38,977 nucleotides of DNA from Armatimonadota bacterium (GTDB lineage Bacteria > Armatimonadota > UBA5829 > DTLH01), in contig JBDKUN010000013.1 of assembly GCA_039679675.1 (NCBI GenBank), forward strand, positions 1-38,977, read 5' to 3'. Shown here in pieces: positions 1 to 7,924 of the stretch. The notes beneath the pieces were generated by a model. The model worked only from the letters and a program-made list of their open reading frames with translations. It was not told the DNA's origin and searched no databases. A program made the translations under genes and the position numbers. How positions within the stretch are numbered: the first letter of the stretch is position 1; each line of letters begins with the position of its first letter.

Positions 1-126
1 CCTTTGCTTGCTGGGTCATCGATGCGTTTCCTCCTACAAAAACAGCATCGGCATATCAACCTTTCGGTACGATTCTTAAATGAGGCAACGAATCACTTTC
101 GGTACGATTTTAGATGAGGCAACGCG
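1..126 (-). mobile_element. End of a multicopy element (probable IS left end) with the first codons of an outward-reading ORF (ATG at 19, MTQQAK...)
   Basis: Bases 2-126 are the exact reverse complement of 38853-38977. Contains a tandem 30/29-bp repeat (61-90, 96-124) and AGGAGG followed by an ATG running off the window edge. The transposase itself is not visible. Confidence 0.7.
61..124. repeat. Two-unit subterminal direct repeat CTTTCGGTACGATT(C)TTARATGAGGCAACG
   Basis: Units at 61-90 and 96-124, separated by AATCA. Confidence 0.9.
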
Positions 127-131
127 CTCGA

Positions 132-161
132 TTGACAAGTACATCCTTACCACCATAGAAT
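132..161 (+). promoter_or_regulatory. sigma70-type promoter upstream of the GH130 gene
   Basis: TTGACA (132-137), 18 nt, TAGAAT (156-161). Confidence 0.6.
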
Positions 162-197
162 ACTGTTGACAAATCATATTCAATGAACCACATATCT

Positions 198-360
198 GTC
201 CGCCTGCGGCGGACGCTTCGGCAGCTATCGCGCTTTCTTCGAAAGTGCTGTCGCGGCAGCATCATCTATGGATTTTCGGCCATAGCCGAAAATCCTTTGG
301 AGAGTTTCAGTACAATTAACTGAAACTTTAGATGATGCGAGAGCAAGCAGTCCGAAGCAA
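198..360 (+). repeat. Nested multi-hairpin element, possibly a structured RNA leader
   Basis: Stems: GTCCGCC/GGCGGAC, GCTTCGG/CCGAAGC (closing), GCATCATCTA/TAGATGATGC, GGATTTTCGGC/GCCGAAAATCC and AGTTTCAGT/ACTGAAACT. The core motif recurs at 12680 and 20463. Confidence 0.55.
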
Positions 361-421
361 CAGCAATAAACCTCTTTGCGGGGGTCTATATATTCCGTTA
401 GTTTAGAAAGGACAGCTATTA

Positions 422-1420
422 ATGAGTGTCGTATCCACTTCGCCGACCATAATCGGCTCGGCGCTGCCTAATATTCCGTGGGAGGACAAACCGGAAGGTT
501 ATAACGGCGTCGTATGGCGTTACAGCAAAAACCCGATCATCCCGCGCGACCTGATCCCTACATCCAACAGCATTTTCAACAGCGCGGTAGTGCCCTACAA
601 GGGAAAATTCGCCGGAGTCTTCCGCTGCGATGACACCTGCCGCAGGATGCAGCTCTACGCAGGCAGAAGCGAGGACGGGATCAGTTGGCAGATCAATCAT
701 GAGAGAATCCACTTCAAGTGCGATGACCCGGAGATCAACAACTGGAAATTCGGCTACGATCCGAGAGTCTGCTGGATCGACGATAGATACTATGTCACCT
801 GGTGCAACGGTTATCATGGCCCGACCATCGGCGTCGGCTACACATCCGATTTCGAGACATTCCATCAGCTCGAAAACGCCTATCTTCCGTTCAACAGGAA
901 CGGAGTGATGTTCCCCAAGAAGATAAACGGAAGGTTCGCGATGTTGAGCCGTCCGAGCGACGACGGCCATACCCCGTTCGGAGATATTTTCTACAGTGAA
1001 AGCCCGGATCTTACGTTCTGGGGGCGGCATCGCCACGTGATGGGGACCAGAGGCTGCTGGGAGAGCACAAAGATCGGCGCAGGCCCGATCCCAATAGAGA
1101 CAAAAGAAGGCTGGCTCCTGATCTACCACGGCGTGCTGACCTCCTGTAACGGGTTCACCTACAGTGCCGGAGCCGCTCTTTTGGATATAGATGAGCCCTG
1201 GAAGGTGATCTACCGTGCAGAGCCTTATATTCTCTCTCCGCAGATGATCTACGAATGCGTTGGAGATGTCCCGAATGTCACATTCCCGTGCGCCGCGCTT
1301 ACGGACGCCCCGACCGGCCGCATCGCCATCTACTACGGCTGTGCCGACACGGTCACCGGCCTCGCTTTCGCGCAGGTGGACGAACTGATCGACTTCGTAA
1401 AGAATAATTCGAAGCTTTAA
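422..1420 (+). CDS. Glycoside hydrolase family 130 (beta-mannoside phosphorylase, GH130_2-like)
   Basis: Motifs [57 protein letters not shown] and YYGCADT. AAAGGA RBS. Confidence 0.92.
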   Translation: MSVVSTSPTIIGSALPNIPWEDKPEGYNGVVWRYSKNPIIPRDLIPTSNSIFNSAVVPYKGKFAGVFRCDDTCRRMQLYAGRSEDGISWQINHERIHFKCDDPEINNWKFGYDPRVCWIDDRYYVTWCNGYHGPTIGVGYTSDFETFHQLENAYLPFNRNGVMFPKKINGRFAMLSRPSDDGHTPFGDIFYSESPDLTFWGRHRHVMGTRGCWESTKIGAGPIPIETKEGWLLIYHGVLTSCNGFTYSAGAALLDIDEPWKVIYRAEPYILSPQMIYECVGDVPNVTFPCAALTDAPTGRIAIYYGCADTVTGLAFAQVDELIDFVKNNSKL

Positions 1421-1432
1421 GGCTTGCAATGC

Positions 1433-1471
1433 AGTTGAGCGGGGTTCGAAAATCCCGCTCAACTTATTTTT
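1433..1471. terminator. Intrinsic terminator between convergent GH130 and vapC
   Basis: AGTTGAGCGGGGTT-cgaa-AATCCCGCTCAACT followed by TATTTTT. Confidence 0.75.
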
Positions 1472-1886
1472 GAACGCTAAACCCCTCTTTTTCAGCCGCT
1501 ATAGAAAGTCTTGCGTCCAAGCACACAAAATCCAGACCTGCCGGGACATGCCTTGTCCAGACAAGGGCTGCGGCGAGTTGGAGCGCATCGGCGGCACGCA
1601 GGTCATGGACCCTGATCAGCCGAAGAGCAGTCTGCCTGACCTCCTCAGATGGCTGCACCTCCTCAGCACTTTGGGCAAGAGGACCTATTTTCGAGAAAAT
1701 ACGGGCGTAATCAGCTTCGTCTACCTCTCCCATTCTTTTCAGCCGGGCCGCTGCTGATGCCAGTTCAACAGGTGTTCCCCACCAGATCGCCACTTCAGGA
1801 TCAGAATTGAAGATTTCAGCTGCATTTGAACTGCCCTTTTGGACTGCTAGAAGCACAAAAAGTGCGGAGGTATCCCAGAACTTCAT
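1464..1886 (-). CDS. vapC: VapC-family PIN-domain toxin
   Basis: N-terminal FWDTSAL, LRAADALQLAAAL and FVCLDARL...AAEKEGF. Overlaps the upstream antitoxin by 4 nt. Confidence 0.88.
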   Translation of the reverse strand: MKFWDTSALFVLLAVQKGSSNAAEIFNSDPEVAIWWGTPVELASAAARLKRMGEVDEADYARIFSKIGPLAQSAEEVQPSEEVRQTALRLIRVHDLRAADALQLAAALVWTRHVPAGLDFVCLDARLSIAAEKEGFSVQK

Positions 1887-2176
1887 ATTCTGTCCTCCCG
1901 GTCTTCCATAACAGCCTGGAGCGCGCGATCAGCAGTCAAGCCGGGGACAGCGGCTCCTTCAATGATGTCTGCCGGAACCGGTCCTCTTCCTGGCTTCACA
2001 AGCCCCTTGGCGACAAGCTCTGCACGCCTTTCGTCTTCGGAAATATTCGGGTCAATTGGCACGATGAGCGCCACCGGACGGCCACGGTCCGTCACCACAA
2101 CCTGTTCGCCGGCCTTCACGCTTTCAAGGTAGCCTGAAAGCCCCGCTTTCAACTTTGCTATAGCTGCAGTCCGCAT
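1883..2176 (-). CDS. Phd/YefM-family antitoxin
   Basis: LKAGLSGYLESVKAGEQVVVTDRGRPVALIVP is the typical Phd/YefM fold. GGAGG RBS. Confidence 0.88.
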   Translation of the reverse strand: MRTAAIAKLKAGLSGYLESVKAGEQVVVTDRGRPVALIVPIDPNISEDERRAELVAKGLVKPGRGPVPADIIEGAAVPGLTADRALQAVMEDREDRI

Positions 2177-2200
2177 ATTTGCACCTCCTGTACTCTCTAT

Positions 2201-2235
2201 ATGACTATAATAGTCATTTCTCTATGCGATTTCAA
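2201..2235 (-). promoter_or_regulatory. Toxin-antitoxin promoter with palindromic operator
   Basis: Minus-strand TTGAAA-N17-TATTAT. The perfect palindrome ATGACTAT-A-ATAGTCAT (2201-2217) overlaps the -10. Confidence 0.65.
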
Positions 2236-2296
2236 GCCCTGTAAGATTCAATGTTGATGAGTATAACATCATTTCCATTCCTGCAAGAGTGAACTA

Positions 2297-3202
2297 TTAT
2301 TTGCGTACAGAAATACCGGTTTTGAGTAAGCGGCTGACCCATGGCGCGATATCTTCGCTGGAGGCATCGGGGATATCGTCCGCCATTTCGGTTGTGATGC
2401 CGAGCCCGGTCCACTTGTTCTGCCCTAATCTGTGGTAAGGCATGAACTCGATGCGGGGAGGCCGTGCAAAACCGGTGAGGAATGCTTCCAGGCCATTGAG
2501 AAAATCGGGTTCGGCGTTGCGAGCCGGTACCCATGGGATCCGAAGCAGTAATGAATGGCCGGCCGCTACCATGTTCCTGATGTTAGAGAGGATGAGCTTG
2601 TTGGAGACCCCGGTGAGGGCGCGATGGCGCGCGTCATCCGTATGCTTCAGGTCGATCATGAACAGGTCAACTATTGGCAACAGGGATTGAAGGTGCTCCC
2701 ACGGAGCCAGTGCTGATGTCTCCACCGCGGTATGCACCCCTTCATTCCTGGCCTGAGTAAGAAGTGCTTGCGAGAAGGCAAACTGTGACAGCGGTTCGCC
2801 GCCGGAGAGGGTCATGCCTCCTCCTGATGCTGAGAAGAAGGGGATGTCTCGCCGTACAGTCGAGAGAATATCCTCCACTGACACAAACTGTCCGGCGATG
2901 TCCAGCGATCCTGCCGGACAGACATCTATGCACCGCTTGCACCCCCTGCAGCGATGGAAGTCTATTATGTGCATTTCCGGTGTGACTTCATGCACGCCTT
3001 GAGGGCATACCTTCGCGCAGAGGCCGCAGCGGGTGCAGAGGCTTTGTGCATACCGAAGCTGAGGCTGAGGCTCCAGCCCCTCAGGATTGTGACACCACTG
3101 ACAATGGAGTGGGCAGCCCTTCAGAAAGACAGTTGTACGGATGCCAGGGCCGTCGTTAATGGAATAACGCTGCACGTTGAACACGCAACCCCCGGATTTC
3201 AC
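2297..3202 (-). CDS. Glycyl-radical enzyme activating enzyme (radical SAM with 2x[4Fe-4S] ferredoxin insert)
   Basis: DGPGIRTTVFLKGCPLHCQWCHNPE, CTRCGLC..CP, CRGCKRC..CP and GGMTLSGGEP. Confidence 0.93.
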   Translation of the reverse strand: MKSGGCVFNVQRYSINDGPGIRTTVFLKGCPLHCQWCHNPEGLEPQPQLRYAQSLCTRCGLCAKVCPQGVHEVTPEMHIIDFHRCRGCKRCIDVCPAGSLDIAGQFVSVEDILSTVRRDIPFFSASGGGMTLSGGEPLSQFAFSQALLTQARNEGVHTAVETSALAPWEHLQSLLPIVDLFMIDLKHTDDARHRALTGVSNKLILSNIRNMVAAGHSLLLRIPWVPARNAEPDFLNGLEAFLTGFARPPRIEFMPYHRLGQNKWTGLGITTEMADDIPDASSEDIAPWVSRLLKTGISVRK

Positions 3203-5385
3203 TCTGCCGAAGCTCCTTCCAAGCGTGATATGATCTCATCCTGAAGAGACTTGCCGATGTGGGTGAACTCGGCGCTATACCCGGCCACGCGCACCATCAG
3301 TCCGCGGTAGTCTGCAGGGTTTTCCTGCGCCCGGCGAAGGGTGGCAGCGTCGATGAAGTTCAGTTGCAGCTGGCTGCCGCCCAGTGCCACATAGGTTTTC
3401 ACCAATGCGGCCACATTCTTGCGGCCTTCAGGGGTTGCGGCATCGCTTTCGCTTAACATCAATGTGGAAATCGTGCCGCCGTTCATTTTCGAGTGGTCCA
3501 AACGGCAAATAGAGCGAATGAGAGCAGTCGGCCCGCAGACAGCGCGCCCATGCGCCCCTGCGAGCGAATCGGAGAGCGGGTCTCCCGCCATACGCGCATC
3601 AAGCGTGGCTCCCATCATCTTGCCGTAGTTGATGTGCATGTTTTGTCCGCCGGAGAGATGGGCGAAAGTCAGCGCCTGGCGAAGCGGCGTGCGCCTTCGT
3701 TCGAGCGCGCCTGCGATTCGATCAAGCAGCTCTGCGCCTAAGGCATCTACTTCCTCGTGATCGTTGCCGAACTTGGGCAGTGATCGCAGCCTGCGGAAAA
3801 GAGCAGTGTCCCCCAAGTCCAAAAGGCGGAATATATCTGCCAGAGACGCTCCGTCCGTCGTGATCAGATGATGTGCGGCATAGAGCATATCGACGGCATT
3901 CGGCAGTCCCACTCCTGCCCACTGGGCAATGTAGCTGTGTGCTCCACCCCGGCCAATGTCTGTGCATCGTTCAAGACAGCAGGGCATCAGCATGGTCGTG
4001 TGCCAGTCAAGGCCTGCATTTTCGTCCATGATCCGGGTCACCGTTTGGACAGTGTCTGCGATTTCTTCGATATGATTATCTATCGCGTGCCACAAGCCAT
4101 CAGTGTGTCTTACTCCTTCGCGGGCAGCATCGCGCAGGGCGTCATCTACCAGCATAGCCACATTGATCCATCCAGTCGGCGCGCCCCAGTTGCCGCGGCC
4201 AGGAGATACCACCTCGGTGCAGCCTCCGAGCACATAATCCCTGGCTTCCTCTGTTGGGATGCCTATCCGGACCAGCCCACTGACAATCGGTGTGTCCCCA
4301 TAGAAACTTGGTTCGGAGAGGCCTTCCGCCAGCATCTCCACCGCAGAGGTCACCAGGTCATCGGGAGTGCCGTCGAAACATCGAAGGTATATGCTGGGGC
4401 GCAGCAGCCGTACGTTACGAACTGCCGTCAAGAACAGGCGGGTGAGATCGCTGGAAGCATCCGAACCGTCCGGCAGTTGTCCGCCCAGGGTCATTGTGTG
4501 TACTGAGCTGATGTTTATCTGGTTGTCGGAATAGTCGTCGTGCAGCTTGATCATCAGACACTCGATCAACTCCAGTGCGCGGGCTGGAGTGAGGCGGCCG
4601 GATGCAATGTCAGCTTCGTAGAACTCACGCAGAAACACATCGATGCGTCCTGTGCTGTCGCCGCTCACCATATATGCGAACCAGAAGCTCTGCAATGCCT
4701 CATGAAAAGTGCCGGCAGGTTCAGCAGGCACTTTGGCACAAATGCGTGCTATCTCTCGCAGTTCGGCAGCACGCTTGGGATCAGGATCGAGACCGGCGAG
4801 CGTTGCCGCCTCCTGCGCATAGCGGCGCGCCATGGCAATCAACGCTTCGTGACTGTCTGCAAAGGCGAGCGCGAACTCCCGCTCATCGCCTGTGCGTGTT
4901 TCAGCAATCGCCCTCGCTCGCTCGGCCAGTGCCCGCGAACCGACGCGGATGTAGTTCGCGTAGTCAACCGCCTTGTGGCACTGTGGGGCTACCGGTGAGA
5001 TCAACGCGCGATCAGCCATCGCCCGAATGTCGGGATAGCCCACGGGAATACTCCTGGCGAAGCCCGGCACGTCGTTCTCATATGAGTCCGGTATCCACGT
5101 CCAATCGGACGGTGTATCCTCATCACGCAGCTTCGCGCCCACAAGCAGTTCCCCTGGACGGATCACAGGTGTCATTTTGGGGTAGACTTCCGCAAACGAT
5201 CGTGCTGCCCTGCGGTAGCGGTGTTCGCCTTCTATCGGGACAACAGCTTCGCACAGGCTGAGGTATTCGGAATAGCGTCTATAAGGTCGCGTTACCGCTG
5301 CTGCCGCCAGTTGATGCACGCGGTCTGTCGACCCTCTTCGCTTCGCCGAGGGAACAAAAGAGATCTCATGTTCGATTGCTTCCAT
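3199..5385 (-). CDS. Glycyl-radical enzyme (PFL-like superfamily) of unknown substrate
   Basis: Gly-radical loop MVRVAGYSAEF and Cys loop YVLGGCTEV, plus PKFGND and FHEALQSFWF. Start moved to ATG 5385 (GGAGG 5 nt upstream) from the track's 5454. Confidence 0.9.
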   Translation of the reverse strand: MEAIEHEISFVPSAKRRGSTDRVHQLAAAAVTRPYRRYSEYLSLCEAVVPIEGEHRYRRAARSFAEVYPKMTPVIRPGELLVGAKLRDEDTPSDWTWIPDSYENDVPGFARSIPVGYPDIRAMADRALISPVAPQCHKAVDYANYIRVGSRALAERARAIAETRTGDEREFALAFADSHEALIAMARRYAQEAATLAGLDPDPKRAAELREIARICAKVPAEPAGTFHEALQSFWFAYMVSGDSTGRIDVFLREFYEADIASGRLTPARALELIECLMIKLHDDYSDNQINISSVHTMTLGGQLPDGSDASSDLTRLFLTAVRNVRLLRPSIYLRCFDGTPDDLVTSAVEMLAEGLSEPSFYGDTPIVSGLVRIGIPTEEARDYVLGGCTEVVSPGRGNWGAPTGWINVAMLVDDALRDAAREGVRHTDGLWHAIDNHIEEIADTVQTVTRIMDENAGLDWHTTMLMPCCLERCTDIGRGGAHSYIAQWAGVGLPNAVDMLYAAHHLITTDGASLADIFRLLDLGDTALFRRLRSLPKFGNDHEEVDALGAELLDRIAGALERRRTPLRQALTFAHLSGGQNMHINYGKMMGATLDARMAGDPLSDSLAGAHGRAVCGPTALIRSICRLDHSKMNGGTISTLMLSESDAATPEGRKNVAALVKTYVALGGSQLQLNFIDAATLRRAQENPADYRGLMVRVAGYSAEFTHIGKSLQDEIISRLEGASAE

Positions 5386-5425
5386 TTCATCCTCCAAAAA
5401 GGGAAAATGATCTTTCTTTGCATGC

Positions 5426-5495
5426 ATTGTACCACCAGATATGGCAATATACATTGATTATAGCGACAAAAACAAGCATAATATGGACAAACAGT
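5426..5495. promoter_or_regulatory. Divergent control region: GRE -10 and candidate AraC-type half-sites
   Basis: Minus-strand TGnTACAAT at 5426-5434. G(G/A)CAA repeats at 5443, 5465 and 5486 (21-22 bp period, typical of AraC-family sites). Confidence 0.4.
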
Positions 5496-5526
5496 GCGAT
5501 TCTGATAGCTGTGAAAGGGGCATGCT

Positions 5527-6396
5527 TTGACCGAAGTCGTATCACTGGAGTTTCCGGAGCCGGACTTTCCATTCATATACATGCCGGTGTCCAGTCAGAC
5601 CTTTGCCTACCCTCCGCATACCCACACGTTCATTGAGCTTGTGATCATCCTCGGCGGAAATGGCGTCCATATCCTGGATGATGTGCCTTCTCCGCTTAAC
5701 GCCGGAAACGTCTATGTAGTGACCGCTCAGACTACTCATGCGTATGTGGAGTGCTCCGGCCTTCGCTTGGTGAACCTCCTTTTCCGTCCGGAGCTTCTGT
5801 CGAGCTTTGAGGCGGAGCTTCGCTCGCTTCCCGGTTACCACGCGCTGTTCGCTTTGGAGCCGCACTACAGGCAGCAGCACCGCGGCCAAAGCATGCTGCA
5901 CCTTGCGCCTCAGCATTTTGTGCAGGTGGAAAAACTCCTGGATCGGCTCGATGTGGAATGGACGGTCCGTGCGGCGGGGTATCATGCCATGCTGCTTACC
6001 ACTCTTGTGCAGCTCATCGTTTTCCTCGCGCGCCGTTTTTCGGATTCAGAGACGCATTCCGCGAGGGTATTATGGCAGATCGGTGAGGTAATCAGCCTCA
6101 TGGAACAGAGCTACGCTGAGCCTTTGACGCTGGAAAGGCTGGCAGAGACCGCCGCTATGTCGCCGCGCAATCTGATTCGGCGGTTTCGAGATGGTACCGG
6201 GCTTTCGCCCATTGCCTATCTGATACACCTGAGAATACGCCGGGCTGCCGAACTGCTTCGCAGCACTGACATGTCAATTGGTGAGATCGCCGGTGCCGTC
6301 GGCATGTCCGACAGCAGCTACTTTTCCCGCCAATTTAAGGCCGCACTGGGTGTAAGCCCACGCGCATTTCGCGATACGAGGGATCTGGAAACATAA
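5527..6396 (+). CDS. AraC-family transcriptional regulator (RhaS/RhaR-like, cupin + double HTH)
   Basis: HTHTFIELVIILGG cupin and C-terminal SIGEIAGAVGMSDSSYFSRQFKAALGVSPRAFR. Confidence 0.92.
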   Translation: MTEVVSLEFPEPDFPFIYMPVSSQTFAYPPHTHTFIELVIILGGNGVHILDDVPSPLNAGNVYVVTAQTTHAYVECSGLRLVNLLFRPELLSSFEAELRSLPGYHALFALEPHYRQQHRGQSMLHLAPQHFVQVEKLLDRLDVEWTVRAAGYHAMLLTTLVQLIVFLARRFSDSETHSARVLWQIGEVISLMEQSYAEPLTLERLAETAAMSPRNLIRRFRDGTGLSPIAYLIHLRIRRAAELLRSTDMSIGEIAGAVGMSDSSYFSRQFKAALGVSPRAFRDTRDLET

Positions 6397-6430
6397 AAAG
6401 GCCCGGAATCGAAACCCCGGGCCATTTTAT
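6397..6430. terminator. Bidirectional terminator
   Basis: AAAAGGCCCGG...CCGGGCCATTTT between convergent genes. Confidence 0.7.
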
Positions 6431-6455
6431 TAACTTCAACTCTATTATTTGCAGA

Positions 6456-7889
6456 TTACCACTCGTCCGGGCCCATGGTTTCGGGTATCCGGCGGGCATA
6501 ACCGGCCTCACGCGCTAGATTTGAGACTGCTTTGGCAACAGCCGGAGCGACTCTCTTGTCGAAGACACTTGGAATTATGTAATCTTCGTTCAGCTCCATA
6601 CTGCTTATTACCCCTGCAATCGCCTTGCTGGCCGCGATGACCATATCATCGTCTACCTTGGTGGAAGAGCAGTCCAGGAGCCCTCTGAAGAGGCCGGGGA
6701 AGCAGAGGACGTTGTTGATCTGGTTCGGATAGTCGCTTCTGCCTGTCGCAATGATGCGGACATGCGGTGCGGCCACTTCCGGCATGATTTCAGGTGTCGG
6801 GTTCGACAGCGCGAAGATTATCGCGTCTTTAGCCATCGTCTTCACATCATCCGCAGTGATGAGCCCCGGGCCTGACACACCGAGGAAGAGATCGGCGCCC
6901 TTGATTGCCTCATGGCAGGTGCCCTTGAAGCCTTCTTTGTTCGTATTTTCGGAAAGCCATACTTTGGCGGGGTTCATACCCTCCGGCCGGCCCTTATATA
7001 TGGCTCCTGCGCGGTCGCAGACGATTACATCGCCGATACCGGCTCCGAGGAGAGCCTTTGTGCAGGCCACGCCTGCCGCTCCTGCGCCTAGCACCATGGC
7101 TCTGATGTTCGAGATGTCTTTTCCGACGATTTTGAGTGCGTTATAGAGCGCCGCAAGGACTACGGCAGCAGTTCCGTGCTGGTCATCGTGGAATACGGGT
7201 ATGTCGAGCTCTGCACGGAGTCTGTCTTCGACCTCGAAGCAGATCGGAGCAGCGATGTCTTCCAGATTGATGCCGCCGAAAGTCGGCGCAATCGCCCTTA
7301 CAGCGTTTACGATGCCGTCGGCGTCGTTGCAGGAAAGGCAGATCGGAAATGCGTCGACTCCGCCGAACTCCTTGAACAGCATAGCCTTGCCTTCCATAAC
7401 CGGCATGGCTCCGAAAGGCCCGATATTTCCTAGCCCGAGGACTGCAGTTCCGTCAGACACGACGGCCACGCAATTGTGTCTGATTGTAAAAGTGAATGCT
7501 TTGAGGGGATCTTCCGAAACGGCTTTCGATACTCTTGCAACACCCGGAGTATACGCCATGGAAAGGTCGTCTCTCGTAACGAGGGGAGCTTTGGATGTGA
7601 CCTCGATCTTCCCTCCCTCATGCATCTGGAAAGTCCTGTCGCTTACGCTGATAAGCTCTATATCGGGAAGATTCTTGACGATGTCTATGATCCTGCGCTC
7701 ATGCTTGGGATCGGTGCAGTCGACAACTACATCGCGGACAACCATGCTGGGGTTGATCTCCACGACATCAATCGACCCGATGCTCCCTTCCGCATCAGCG
7801 ATTGCTTTTGTCAGCTTGGCCAGGTTTCCAATCTTGTTCAGATGCTTAATTCTTAGGGTTAAACTGTTACTTGCGCTTGGAGTAGGCAT
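6456..7889 (-). CDS. NAD(P)-dependent malic enzyme with N-terminal ACT domain
   Basis: [36 protein letters not shown] and [14 protein letters not shown]. Confidence 0.93.
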   Translation of the reverse strand: MPTPSASNSLTLRIKHLNKIGNLAKLTKAIADAEGSIGSIDVVEINPSMVVRDVVVDCTDPKHERRIIDIVKNLPDIELISVSDRTFQMHEGGKIEVTSKAPLVTRDDLSMAYTPGVARVSKAVSEDPLKAFTFTIRHNCVAVVSDGTAVLGLGNIGPFGAMPVMEGKAMLFKEFGGVDAFPICLSCNDADGIVNAVRAIAPTFGGINLEDIAAPICFEVEDRLRAELDIPVFHDDQHGTAAVVLAALYNALKIVGKDISNIRAMVLGAGAAGVACTKALLGAGIGDVIVCDRAGAIYKGRPEGMNPAKVWLSENTNKEGFKGTCHEAIKGADLFLGVSGPGLITADDVKTMAKDAIIFALSNPTPEIMPEVAAPHVRIIATGRSDYPNQINNVLCFPGLFRGLLDCSSTKVDDDMVIAASKAIAGVISSMELNEDYIIPSVFDKRVAPAVAKAVSNLAREAGYARRIPETMGPDEW

Positions 7890-7924
7890 ATTATTTAGCT
7901 CCTGTAATTAAGTTAGCTCCACAC

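Noticed and set aside
61..124. 30-bp direct repeats as a CRISPR array
   Set aside because: Only two units with a 5-nt spacer and no cas genes. They lie within the repeated element end.
198..360. Assignment as a hammerhead, HDV-like or hairpin ribozyme, or SRP RNA
   Set aside because: The required catalytic or core consensus sequences are not found in the right arrangement. Kept as an unassigned motif.
419..1462. 347-aa minus-strand ORF
   Set aside because: Antisense shadow of the GH130 gene, with no recognisable motifs.
5386..5454. Longer GRE start (5454 or 5427)
   Set aside because: These overlap the probable -10 and regulator sites. ATG 5385 has a GGAGG RBS.
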